Part shown: one piece after another, positions 35,683 to 48,090 of the stretch
How the letters are laid out: each line of letters opens with the position of its first letter
How positions within the stretch are numbered: position 1 is the first letter of the stretch
Origin: Marsupella aquatica
Taxonomy: Eukaryota > Plantae > Marchantiophyta
NCBI GenBank assembly: GCA_973895155.1
Contig: OZ316894.1
Coordinates: 6,658,234 to 6,722,233 of the forward strand
Reading direction: 5' to 3'
Length of the DNA stretch: 64,000 nucleotides
Translations under genes and position numbers: made by a program
The notes under the pieces: model-generated
What the model was told of the DNA's origin: nothing
Seen by the model: only the letters and a program-made list of their open reading frames with translations
The model's database searches: none

Positions 35683-36135
35683 TCTTGCAAAAAACGGGAG
35701 AAATCTGGATCGAAGGTTTCAGAGGTTCCTATGGAATCTCGGGCTGAGAAAGCCCTTGAAGCAATGTGAATTTCTTGTACTGGTAGAAAGGATATCGCCG
35801 AGGAGGATGCTCCTTTGTTATCCACCATCTTGAAAGTTGTAGTTCCAACTGCTGATAAAGAGCAGCTAGATTCAATTGTTACATCATACATCTTTGATCC
35901 CTTTAGCTCCAATACATCAAAATCTGATGAGATTCAAGATTTCAATGTTGCGGAAAAGGAAACATCAGGTGAGCAACTAGCATCAGCAGATGAGAAACCT
36001 CAAAATGTTGTTCAGGGATTATTTCAGAAAATGTTGTTCAGGGGTTCAGAGAGGAGCTTCAAAGATGCGGACTTTTTTACACATGTGTGCGCTGACCTGC
36101 AAGAAGTGTTATGCCCGGAGTGGCCATCGGTATAG
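35683..36135 (+). pseudogene. PSA3: Orphan last-exon fragment similar to photosystem I assembly factor PSA3
   Basis: After the CAG acceptor (35682) it reads KKREKSGSKVSEVPMESRAEKALEAM*ISCTGRKDIAEEDAPLLSTILKVVVPTADKEQLDSIV. This matches the remembered PSA3 C-terminal pattern (IPMELRVEKALEGIYACCF..IEEEDEKLL..AVFPSVDKSEIERII). TGA at 35767; upstream exons not found. Confidence 0.6.
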
Positions 36136-37529
36136 CAGGGCACAAACTGGTCTTTTATGAATAGTTGATCTAAGGGTTACCTAAATTTCAGTATCATTAG
36201 TGAAATGTAGAATAACTCCAACATGTGCAGGTCAAAGCTCTGTACGCAGTCAGCCCCAAAGCCAACGACATTTGGGAACAGCTCCGAGGGCTAGTCCCAG
36301 ATGTGACTCCATTTCCCCCTCGTCTTGGAGATTTGACTTAACAGCAGGGCAGTGTAATTTTCCCTCCCCTGGTAGGAATCATCCCAATTAACAAAGTTAG
36401 TTTGAGAGTGTTGAGTAGAAGTAGTCTCCGGTTTTAGTCCTCGGGGGATCTAAACTGGATACCATTATAATTTGAACTCTCTAGGAAGCTTTCTGCAGTA
36501 GCCCTCACGGGAAACGCTGAGGTGCTCTTGAATCATGGGTGTGGTTAACTGTTGGTGAGAATAAAAGTAGAACGGCGATGATGTTCCTCATATGTGGTAT
36601 CAAGAGCAAATCTCGGATGTCCAGTTGAACCGGTTTCTGGGTAAGAACTTTCGTTTTTAAGTTAGTAACTCAGAAATGAGACAGACAGTCACGTAGCTCA
36701 TTGAGATACAGTATGATGTGACTTGACGTGATTGGTTTTAAAGCTGTGTAGATGGAAGTTGCGTTCAAGTTTTGCTATCTGCAGACCTCGTTACTTTTCC
36801 AACCTTGAGAGTGTAAACTGGACATCGCTGAAAGTGAAGAATGACAATCTTACCACAAGTTGCTGATCGAAGCATCTCTTTAGTTTCAGGATTTAGGTTC
36901 CTTTCCAGTTTGTGTGCATCTACATCAGCTACCTGCAGGGTAGGGCCACACTGCCTGAGTTTCAGAGTTTTGAGGCATCTGAGATTCAATAGTGGGTAGT
37001 TCTTCCATTAAATACCGGTAGGACTCGGGTCAATTGTTCACTGTCTATAAATCAAACACGGAAACCATTGTCGTCCGAAAGTCAAATGCACAGTTAGTTG
37101 AAGCAAACGTTACCACCCCTAGTACGAATGTAAAATACGCATCACTTCAAGGAAGGGCATTTAAGGCGATGAAAATCTGTGACGAGCACTAGTGAGGCAT
37201 ACCAGAGCAAAGACATTCTGACATACCTTGTGATGTATTGGCAATTGAAGAATCATCTCAGCAAATCTGTAAGCTTAGGATCAGTGAAGCTCATCCAATA
37301 CAAGGCAAGGAAGTACATGACAACTGCAAGATGCTGTGGTACCTAAATTGTTTTTCTCAAGAGCTTCACATATCTCATATCCAAGAGAGGGTGAAATGAC
37401 TTTCACACTCATATCAGTGAACTCCCATGATTCATGTTGCATGTATTTACCAGTACCCGTTGCACAGAAGGTGGCCAATTAGCCAGCCTTAAACAATGAT
37501 GTGGCCAAGAGAAATCTAGACAACTTCCT

Positions 37530-38320
37530 CACGACTCGCTAAACAGACTACTCGTAACCAAGTGATTGCCGCATTTGACACGCCCCGGTAGCAGTGAACC
37601 TATAACAATGTTGGACACCTGCATTTCTTAAAAAGGATCTGTGATAGAGATCCTTCACCACGAAGACTCCGAAAGCTCGTTTGAAATTGGTCATTTTTCG
37701 GAGGACTGGAAACACCGCCGTATCTTAGGGTGGCAATCTGTGATAGAGATCCTTCACCACGAAGACTCCGAAAGCTCGTTTGAAATTGGTCATTTTTCGG
37801 AGGACTGGAAACACCGTCGTATCTTAGGGTGTGAGTGCCACCTAGCCACCCTTCCACGCGACTCGCTTTACAGACTACTACTAGTAACTAGGGAATTGTA
37901 GCAATTAACAAGTTCCAGTGGCAGTGGACCTGGAACTACGTGCACACCTACATTTCTTAAAAAGGAACTTTCATAAAGATCCTTCACCAAAGATTGCACA
38001 AGCTAAATTGAATTGATGGTTTTTCCGAGGTCACAAAAAAACCTTCGTTTCTTAGGGTGTAAGTGACACCCAGCCAGCCTTTCACACGACTCGCTAAACA
38101 GACTACTACTGGTAACTACGGCATTGTAGCATTTAACAGGTTCCAGTGGCAGTGAACCTGGAACTTGTAACTACGTTGGAATCTGCATTTTTCAGAAAGG
38201 ATCTTTGATAGAGATCTTTCACCCCGTAGACTCCAAAAGCTCATTTGAAAGTGATGGTTTTTCGGAGGCCATGGAAAAACCTTCGTTTCTTAGGGTGTGA
38301 GTGACACCCAGCTTCCCTTG
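37530..38320 (-). repeat. Tandem ~240-bp copies of the SNRNP25-like last exon and 3' UTR, with an internal 99-bp duplication at 37638-37830
   Basis: The tcttagggtg / gatccttcacc / acgactcgct motifs recur 3-4 times. Confidence 0.85.
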
Positions 38321-39477
38321 ACGCTACATGATGAGCGTACGAGAGCTGCATTACACGACGAAAGTCAATAACATGAGTTCGACAGTCCACGAAGTTTTTA
38401 CATGATCAACTGACACACAAAGTAAGGCAAGTCGGCTCGACAAAACTGACAGTATCCTAAATTATTCTCATAACTGGAAGCTCAAGTATATTCCAAACAG
38501 ACAATCCTTTGCCTTACATAAGTGTGCAAATATTTACATACGTCAAGACATTTACCTCATCACCGTTCTTTATACCATATTGGCTCAGCAACGACGAATC
38601 ACTAAGCAGCTTCTCGTTGTTACAGACCAGGCAAAAATTGCCCCAAACATGCTTCCTGAAGCACCAAAACGTGTGTCGAAGATCAGGTTTCGAAAAACTA
38701 TAAAGTATATCAGCACACCAATTTGGACACGAGGCTCGAAAGCCAGTGTCCCTGGGCCATACTCTTTTCCGAGATAAATCTGTTAAGTCTCTCCAAACCC
38801 GGACAGAATCTTGACTAGGAGGAACTGCATACCAGGAAATATGACGATGCCCCATATTCTCCTCCTCCATCTCATCTACCTTCTTTTGAATAGCCGCCTT
38901 CAAGTCTCGCACGGATGCAGTATTCAAAGCTGCTACGTCTGGAACCGAGACCCATGAAAAAACTCTCAGGACCCCCAAGAACTTCAAAAGTTCGCCGGGT
39001 GTTTTCCAATTTCAACTACTACAATCTTTACAATGAAGCTTAGGCACAGTAATTACGAGACAAGGTTCACTAGTACTACCAGAAAGAGATAATACATGCA
39101 GAGTAGTAGTGATAGACTTGCGGACAATGTAGCAAATGCTGACGGTAATAGAACAGCATCATAAAAGCCATGCCAGTAGAAATTAACCAGGAAATTATTA
39201 GCAAGATGAAAATGATGCTAACGGCCTCGGTTTACCTATGGTTGGGGAGGACTTTACCGAATGTAGTGCCGTCCATCTTTCGAATGCACAGCATCATGGC
39301 GCTACCCTTCTCAACACCAATCAAGGTTTCCAGCTCCTTTAGGGAGGGCCTCTTCTTCGACACGTCGTTCAAGAGGGGGTCCTGAAGTAGGGTGGCCAAC
39401 AAGGGTTCCAGCTGCGCTTTGCGGAAACCCACATAACCCCCATCCAAGGCGCAGATGGACATCCTTAGTTGATCCAT
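38241..39477 (-). CDS. SNRNP25: U11/U12 snRNP 25 kDa-like ubiquitin-domain protein; exons 39477-39258, 38938-38833, 38655-38556, 38345-38241
   Basis: Contains LLQDPLLNDV...EKGSAMMLCIRKMDGTTF, DLKAAIQKK..MGHRHISWKHVWGNFCL..NEKLL and the basic tail HSHPKKRRFFHGL. GT-AG junctions are phase-consistent. Confidence 0.88.
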
Positions 39478-39937
39478 GTCCCCTCCCACCTCACTCGCTG
39501 TCACGACGAACTATAGTACACCCACAGTGATTCGAAGAAAAATCCTTCTGTCACCAAACTTTGCTTTCCGCTTCTCCTTTTCGAGTCATTTCAAACGAAC
39601 GAGGTCCACTGAAACGGTTGTTTCAAACGAGCAGGGACACCATTCTTTGAAACAGGAGAGAAAGTTCTCACGAATTAGGAGGATCAGCTGAATGACAAGC
39701 GTGGGGAAGAGGACCAGGAGCAGAGTAATTTCCAGATCGTATTCGGGATGGTCTCTCGTCCTCCTTGCCCACTGCAATAGCACGCATGCACTCGATTGCT
39801 ATTTCCTCTCTATTTCCACCCGACGCACCGCAGCAGTGTGAAAAGAAATACGGCCGGGAGGGATTCGATTCAGTGTGAAACTGCACACGCTTCTCCCGGC
39901 CTCGTTCGTCGCCCGTCTAGTCCAAGATGAGGTCCCG

Positions 39938-39943
39938 TTTATA
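39938..39943 (-). promoter_or_regulatory. Candidate TATA box (TATAAA) for the SNRNP25-like gene
   Basis: CTATAAAC on the minus strand ~460 bp upstream of the ATG; supported by position only. Confidence 0.35.
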
Positions 39944-42114
39944 GCTTCAAAGAGAGCAAACGCTGCTTTGACAAGAGAAATCTTGGAGCATTTGTCCCAA
40001 TGAACTCCCGTCCCTGCCTCCAGTCCTCCAAAGCGGGTTCTAGTTCTCTACTCCTTGAGAGATTGCTGCTGACAGAGCTACCCCACCAGACAGACTACTG
40101 CTTGATGAAAGATTGCCGCCGACACGAGCTCAGCTCTCGCCCTCACTCGACACGGGTATCAAGGGAGACGACTGCTTCATAAATTGCTGCTGCTGAGACG
40201 CTGAATGCTAACATGCGCTGCGAGCTAACTTCCAACAGAGCGCTCAGCGCGAATTCCTTTCCTTTATTACCTCAGCTCTCGGCTGGGTGCGAATTCCAAC
40301 GGGTCTTTCCCCAAAACACGAACAATTTCGACTCTAAATTTCGGTATCCAATTCCTGCAGACCGTCACAACGTCACAAGGCCCACCACGGTCGTCGTCAG
40401 ATTTTTGCCCGCCAAACATCCACAGCTGAACCAGAGGCAGGGAATTACAACTCCTCATCTTTTACTAGGGGTTATTTTCAAGGGTTCAAGAAAGTTCGTC
40501 TTGTCTGGAGATTGTGTTCGGAAGTTGTCGATGGAGAGCTTTACTTCGCAAAGGTTTTCCAATATGGAGAGTGGATTTACTGTCCGAACTCCGAAGTAGC
40601 GGAAAGAATGCTGTTCAGCAACGTGTCTGGACTCTGGAGAGAACCGTTCCACTACTGATTCCCCGACCTTTCCGTGCTGACCTGACGACAGTGCTGATGG
40701 GTTTGCCAAGCATGTGCTTCTTTAGATTTGTAATCGCATTCCCGTTTAAGTACGACGGGATCTGATTTCTGACTCTGTTCAGTCAAATTGAATCGGAACG
40801 GTCCTGCAGTAAACCCCTACCTGATGTGTAAATGACAACTGATTGTTTTGTGTGAAAAGGCAATCCCGTAAGGTGAAAGTGCATTTAACTGTTCCATTAA
40901 TTAAGGGAAGTAATCAAGAACTAGGCTTCATGGGGTTCAAAGTTTCAAGTGGCATTCGAGAATGTTGGTGTAGTTACACTAAAAGCGACGAACATATTCA
41001 AACCCCGTCCATGAATTCTTCCGTCAAGATCGTCTAATAACTGAAAGTTATTAAACTACAAATTTATAGTCTATAACCTTTTGTCATAAAGATTGGTCTT
41101 ATGTCATTGCCATTAGTCACTATAGAAGCTGGTGAAAGGAAAAAAACACAAAAATTTACCCACTACAAAATTTATAGTCCATATCTTTTTTAAGGATTGG
41201 TCTTATGTCATTGCCATTAATCACTGTAGAAGTTCGTGAAAGAAAAAATAATAATTTTTTATACACAACCTTGTGAAAACTATATGACCATCCCTTCAAG
41301 GCATAATGCCATGATCAGTAATATTGAACCTTTGAGACTCCCTAATTTTGTGCTATCTCTTGCATGCAGCCACATTGGATTTTGGTTCCTCATATGAATT
41401 TGAAACTTTAAACTCCCATGGAAGGTAAGTTTTGTTTGTTCCTCTCGTTGGAAAGCCTACCTACTGTAAGGAAAAACACAAAAATGGCTATCGTTTTGCT
41501 TTCTGCTGCTGTGTTGAACTGGGTAGTGGTGAAGTGGATAACAGCCACCGGCCCAGAGGAGTAGAGGACTTCAAAAACTTGGACACGACAAGGAAAAGCA
41601 AGACTGCTAGATTGATCAACTCTTGTCCAAAGCATCTCCAGTTGCAAAGACAAGTTGAGCCAATTCACAAGGGTAGATGTGAACAGGCGAAGGCTCCTGA
41701 GACTCTTGCGATAGAGTGGGTTGGATTAGAAGCTTTCACATCTCAAGGCGTTTCCTGGAGGAGAGACGAGTTTTACAGAGGAGTTGATCTGGATCAGCTA
41801 CCGCTGCCTGGGGCTGTCGTGAAGCAAAAGGTCACGTTAATAGCTCTCACATCACAAGGATAAACTTGAAAACCTTCCCCCCACCCATTGAGTATTATCC
41901 TGCAGAAAGTCCTCAGTGAAAGATTCTGGAGATGTCTCGCGGTGTTCCTTACAAACGAGAATGGTGAGACCATATAAACAGTGCTTTCGTCAATATGTGA
42001 TATGGAGGCCCCATGCCTTTCCCTGTTGTTCATTTTAGCCTGCCGTGATTGTCCCATCTCCAGACAAAGTCCGGCGGGTTGATCACATCGAAGCAGCATC
42101 TCATTACGAATGGA

Positions 42115-42301
42115 CATATCCACCAACTCGAATCTAAGTACAGATGCGTTTAAGCTTCAGTCATATCCACCAACTCGAATCTAAGTACAGATGCGTTTAA
42201 GCTTCAGTCATATCCACCAACTCGAATCTAAGTACAGATGCGTTTAAGCTTCAGTCATATCCACCAACTCGAATCTAAGTACAGATGCGTTTAAGCTTCA
42301 G
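42115..42301. repeat. Perfect 47-bp tandem repeat x4
   Basis: catatccaccaactcgaatctaagtacagatgcgtttaagcttcag(t) repeated four times. Confidence 0.97.
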
Positions 42302-43129
42302 ACTGAGGCCACAACTGTCGACCTCATGCTCTGTTGTCCTTCACCCGGACGCGACGTCCGACAGGTCGATCTCAGCCAAGTCAATTCAGATCATGAGTCA
42401 ACAGATTCCCAACTGGAATGCAACAGATCTCCTGTATCAATCATAGCGACGTCAACATAGAGTTTGAAGCGACAAATCCCCCAATGTCGATCATAGTAGT
42501 AATTTACAAATCAACAGATCCCTCAATCAGAATGAGCACAGACCGTCCAAAGCGCCAAATTACCCAAATCTGACCGTCCTCGCGTCAGATTAGCGAAAAC
42601 CCTAAACTTTAAGATCATGAATCAACACGTCCCGCAATGCCAACGAGAACGGATCCTTCATGTCGATCACTGCGAAGTCACATCAGATTGAATCAACGCA
42701 TACTCCAATTCGGGTGAGAAAACACGTACTTCCAAAAAAGTTCGTGTGAGGACACACGACTTCATTTCAATTGAGAAACACACGCGGAACAAAGCTGAGA
42801 CGCACACGGCAGGATATGAAATCTTTCTATAACTCGATGTGCTTCAGTGTAGCTTGCTTTGTGTGATCTCGAGATTTCCAATCGAAGATGCTGTTTTGAT
42901 TGTTTGGTTCTCCCAACAAACACATACAAGAATTCGGGTGAGGACATACAACTCCATTTCAATTAAGAAACACACGCGGAACAGAGCCGGACGCACACAG
43001 CAGGGTATGCTATCTTTGTGAACTCGGAAGTTCTTACACTTAAGATCTCGAGATCTTCAGGACAAATGTGGGGCATCGAGGTTAGGTCGAACATGCTGTG
43101 TTTAGATTGATTGGTTTCCCCGTTAGGAG

Positions 43130-43325
43130 AAGGGCTGCGCCTGCCGAGGAGGTAGTGCAATACCTCGGCGACACTGGCGAACCCGAAGCAGCAAGCTACT
43201 TCGATGGGTTCGCACCCAAGAGAAATAAGATTAATATCGTGAAGGTCGATGACCCTCGTATCAGATATTAAACTGATAAGAACAGATACTACACTTGATC
43301 TTAGCCAAAAGGCCGAGAAAGGTAT
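43130..43325 (-). ncRNA. U2: U2 spliceosomal snRNA
   Basis: Minus strand reads ATACCTTTCTCGGCCTTTTGGCTAAGATCAAGTGTAGTATCTGTTCTTATCAGTTTAATATCTGATA, including the GUAGUA branch-recognition sequence. Stem III GCGAACCC/GGGTTCGC and stem IV loop TTGCACTA are intact. The 3' end is approximate. Confidence 0.97.
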
Positions 43326-43348
43326 GCCTCTCATATGTTTCGCGCAGG

Positions 43349-43405
43349 TATTTGTACCCCAAAGCAACTCCTTGCAGGCCGAGTAAAACGTACGCTTATG
43401 GTTTT
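43349..43405 (-). promoter_or_regulatory. Putative U2 promoter: TATA-like TACAAATA (-31 to -24) and a candidate upstream element AAACCATAAGCG (~-70 to -80)
   Basis: Positions match plant Pol II snRNA promoter geometry; the sequence differs from the angiosperm USE RTCCCACATCG. Confidence 0.4.
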
Positions 43406-43521
43406 ATGCCCAAAGCTCGCCGATACTGTGAGAAATTTGCAGCGAAACTCTTTTGTACACCTCAGTAGTGAAGGGGAACTCCTCACTCCTAACCACTGCG
43501 TCACTTTCTCCAAGTACACTT

Positions 43522-43701
43522 AAAATTTTTTCCTTTTGAGGTTTTGGGGAGCTTTAGGGAGGTTTGGGATCTACTTTTCTCCGAGTAACTTTTTATTTTT
43601 TCCTTTGGATCAAATTTTTTTCCTTTTGAGGTTTTGGGGAGCTTTAGGGAGGTTTGGGATCTACTTTTCTCCGAGTAACTTTTTATTTTTTCCTTTGGAT
43701 C
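43522..43701. repeat. ~91-bp direct tandem duplication x2
   Basis: ccttttgaggttttggggagctttagggaggtttgggatc...cctttggatc occurs twice. Confidence 0.95.
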
Positions 43702-46700
43702 GTTTTTTTTTATTTTAAGGGTGGAGGAGCCCAAACCCTTATTACTTTTAATTGGTAAGCTACCTCTACTCGATTTGCATTTCCTTTCTCTTATCACTAT
43801 GAGGTGGCTTGGTGCAAAAACTTTGGTGTGCTTTCCCTTGGGCACATTGGGGACCCACTTCCTTCTAGTAAACCATCGTCCCTCCCTTTCCTTTTCTTTC
43901 TTTTACCACATTGGGGTGGCAGGGTGCAAACTACAGTTTGCTTAAACGTTAGTATTTGTATGATTTTAATGTAATTAAGCCTACAGCCTTGCTTTGGAGC
44001 CCCAATTCAAAGTATAGTGATATCTCGAAGTGTGGATATCCTTCAAACATATGGGCAAACGACAAAGGAGAACTTCATATTTGTGTTGGAGAATGAGGTT
44101 TCACTAGGTCCTCACCTTGGGATTCTAATTTCCCAGCTCTTGGGACACTATTCCACAAGCTGATTGATTAGAATTTTTGTGCACCTTCTAAAATAAAATT
44201 TTGAGGTTTTGTGTCACCTGCAACTGCAAAAATTTTGAAGGTTGGACTTTAAATGACTGAGCAAGCAACCTGAGCAATGGCAGTTTGGGGGTAAAAGTGC
44301 ATCACCAAATTGTTTTCAAAAGCTTGTTTTCAATTGAAGCCCATAAGCAAAAGTTGGGTGCTATTCCAGGAGGAAATGGTCAAAAAGCATTTTGAGCAAA
44401 CCATTTCTAGTTGTCCTTTGTAGTGCTTTTTGACTCTCTCATGTTCTTCTTAACCCACCACTAGCCATGACAAAACCTATATCCACCAGGTCTCACCATA
44501 AACAGTATCATTTTCCTGAAATTGTGGAGCAAAATGGCACCGGAGAGGAGAAGAATATGAGAAAAGTATTGGACACTTCCCCTTTTTGTATGGCTAGTGG
44601 GTTTAAGAGTGCACTCATCCAGCTGAAGGTCCACCAGGGTCTCCTTACCCTGTCCTTGCTCTCTTCATGCTCAGAGTGTACCCTCTCTATCCAAACTCTT
44701 TCACTTTCGATCCTCTACTAGCCTTAGATTCAGCTGTTGCCATAATTGTGAAGATATGGTCCAAGAGGATTAACCTCACCACATGTACAAGGAGGGATAT
44801 GCTTAGTAGACCCCCTCGATACTTTTCCCCAATCTGGACCGTCGATGGACCTTCTGATCTCAGATCTGGGCCGTTCATCAGGGGGTTGATCAAGTAACAA
44901 GTTTCATTTTGGGGGTCGATCAAGCAAATACCTCCATGTACAAGCTATTGGAAAGGTGGTGCTCATTGAATGTTCGCCTATGTGCTTGTGCTTGAATCTT
45001 CAACTACTGTAGTACTGTAGGGGGCATACTAGGTTTGGTATACAATTCTAGATTACTTCCAACCCAAATGCCATAGCCAGCTACTCCTTATTTACAGGTA
45101 AGCTCATTTGAGAGCTGTTTTTTGTTGGAACCTTCCCCAAAAGAAATTCCAGATGACCTGCCACATACAATGACAAACAGCTCAGATGGACCATTGCAAC
45201 CACCTTGGACCATTTAAATTTTTTGTGTTGAACTTAAATAGTATCTTTACTTTATGTGAATAGACACTCTTTTTTGGGAGTTTATTGGGTCTGGAAAGCT
45301 GCTAGGACCAGTTGCATGCCTACATATTGTGGTCCATTGGAGCATCTTTCTAAACCTTTCCCTTTGAGACCCTTTGAAGAATAGAAAATAGAAAACCCCA
45401 ATAATCTACAAGCACTATCATACATATTTTCTCTTCCACTTTCACCTTTTGGCCAAATTTTGTCCATGCAATTAGTATCTTGCATTCCCTCATGAGGGGC
45501 CAACTTCACGAAGAACAAGGATTGGGGTTACGGGTACCAAAGAACAAACAGGTTCCAGGCAGCAATTTTTATTACTTATGAAAACTTGCAAGATTACACC
45601 TCTCTGAAAAGTAAGATTCCGCCTCTCTAAAACATATTCACCGCTTTTGGTAAAACATCTCCAGGTCCATGACGCAACTCCCCACCTAGCCACAGACCCC
45701 ATAGCCAGAATCTAACTAGTATGTGGGTCCAACTCAATTTTTTTAACATATTGGTAATATTGTATTTGTTTGTTTTACTAATTCTCTTTCCTGGTCTTTC
45801 CTGGTTATCAAGTTTGCCAAAACTCTATGATGTGCCCAAATACAGTGCCAAGAATTTGGAAGGAGCTTTTAGCGTGCTACATAATGTTGTCATCCTTTGT
45901 TTGCCTCCACCGCTCTCATGTTCTTTTCACCTCTCTATGTAATTCACATTGCAACTCCTCACTGTAGCAATCACCTTGCTTGTTTGAGTGACAAATTATT
46001 CATCACAAGGGTGAACAACAAACTATCTTGGAGGCAAGGAGCTAGGCAATCACCTGCACTTCATTGTCTTGCAATGTTTTTGTGCAATGGATAATTATGC
46101 ATTGGATTTGTCTATAAAATTATGAGATGTTTTTAAAAGTATTTGAAATTTGCATAATAAAAGTTGACATCACTAACAAACAAATTCATAAACTCAAAAA
46201 CTATTTATAGCATTGGTTTTTTAATTGTTTTGTGGGGAGACAAGTATACTTTTTGTTTGGAAAGTGTAATTTATTCATCATGATTTGTCTAGTAATGACA
46301 AAAACAAAATTCTCATCAATTTTAATGGCAAATGGAAACAAAGAAAAAACCCATAAGTGTAGAATCATAATGATCATGTTGGGAAGAGAGTAACTTTATA
46401 CACAGACACCTTCGTGAGAGAAGAAACATACTAACTTCATTTCTGTTTTTTAAATATATGTTTTACTAATCAATAGAAAGTCATAGCCTTATTTTTGTAG
46501 AGATTTTATAATAATAGAATAGTTTAATGTTTTGAGAATAGTTGATTAGTCTTGAATGTGCAAGTGAGTTTTGACATTATGCTTATGACTTTTTTGGTGT
46601 GTATTCAAGGAATATGTTTGAATAAGGCCTAGGGGAACTACACTCAAGTGGCATACAAGATATTGTTTTAAGATTTCTCATGGTGACTACCATCAAGGTA

Positions 46701-47418
46701 AATGTTTATATCTGTGCATGTTTTTTATGACTAGAATTTGTTTTTTTGTTATTTGTGAAGTGACTTGATATTTTGTCCATTCAATTGACATGAGCAATTT
46801 TGTGTGAGTTTGTAGACAAATTTTGGCATCACTAAGAAACAACCCCAAGCTATCATCTAAGCTTGAAATAGAGGTTTGTTTTTCTCTTTATTCCTTGTTG
46901 AATAAATGTGATTGCTAAAGTTGTTCACTCATAAAGCTAAATCAAGCATGGAATCTATCTATACTTTAAAATCCAATTTTCACTTATGTAATATTGACCA
47001 TAATGATGTTTATTTTCAAATAAATTATCAGATTAGCTAAAAATTTGTAGCATTATCATATATGGATGTGCAAATATTAGTATATTAATTATTTGCCACA
47101 ACACTTAGAGCTTTTATTTGAATCAACACAATAGATTTATGCAATCTTAACAAAACTATAAGTAATTGTAATTTGCAATTTATTTGTAGAAAGCAATGCT
47201 CTTGGTAGGTAGATGAGTCTTTTGTAATCTTGTTTCATATTGTTATGGTTATCTTAGGGCATTACATATTAAGAAAGTGAAATTTGCCATTTGTTGGATT
47301 CCAAAAATGGAGAAGTTAGCTCTTTGTACCTAAAATTATTCACTTAAGTTTATTATCAATCGGGTACTATAATTATAAGGTCCATATCATATTATTCAAG
47401 TTAAGGCAATAAACTATA

Positions 47419-48090
47419 GTACACACATATGCACAGGTCGGTGTAATGTTTGACCCTAATTGTAACTTCAAAATCAATATAAGGTTACAAGTTAAGGCAT
47501 TCTGGTACACACATCCGCAAGGGTCGGTGTATTGTTTGACCCCAGTTGTAACTTCAAAATAAATATAAAGTCACAAGTTAAGGCATCCTGGTACACACAT
47601 CTGCAAGGGTCAGTGTACTGTTTGACCCCAACTATAACTTATAAAATCAATATAAGGTTACAAGTTAAGGCATTATGATACACACATCCGCAAGGGTCGG
47701 TGTATTGTTTGACCCCATTTGTAACTTCAAAATCAATATAAAGTTACAAGTTAAGGCATTCTGGTACACACATCTACAAGGGTCGGTGTACTGTTTGACC
47801 CCAGTTGTAACTTATAAAATTCATGAATATAAGGTAACTACAAGTTAAGACATTATGGTACACACATCTACAAGGGTTAGTGTACTGCTTGACCCTAGTT
47901 GTAACTTCAAAATCAAAATTAGGTTATCCGGGAAGGTTACAAGTCAAGGCATTTTGGTACACACATCTACAAGGGTCTGTCAACTTAGGGTTTGATCCCA
48001 TTTGTAACTTCAAAATCAATAAGGTCATAAGTTAAAGCAATTGGTACACATATATTCAAGGGTTTGAGTATTGTTTGTCAAGTTGTAACT
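47419..48090. repeat. ~86-bp minisatellite, 8 copies
   Basis: Units of ggtacacacatc..caagggtcggtgta.tgtttgaccc..ttgtaacttcaaaatcaatataaggttacaagttaaggcatt start at ~47419, 47505, 47591, 47678, 47763, 47858, 47957 and 48043. Confidence 0.95.

Noticed and set aside
41161-41170. CACTACAAAA as a CACTA terminus
   Set aside because: It lies within a local ~105-bp duplication; no partner TIR, TSD or transposase seen.
40000-42110. Several 60-143 aa ORFs between SNRNP25 and U2
   Set aside because: No recognisable motifs, overlapping on both strands, no supported splice structure.
42115-42301. CRISPR-like appearance of regular repeats (also 14180-14600 and 47419-48090)
   Set aside because: Head-to-tail repeats without unique spacers, no cas genes, eukaryotic context.
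38241-43325. SNRNP25-like gene next to U2 snRNA as a splicing gene cluster
   Set aside because: They belong to different spliceosomes (minor versus major) and U2 is multicopy; adjacency is probably chance.
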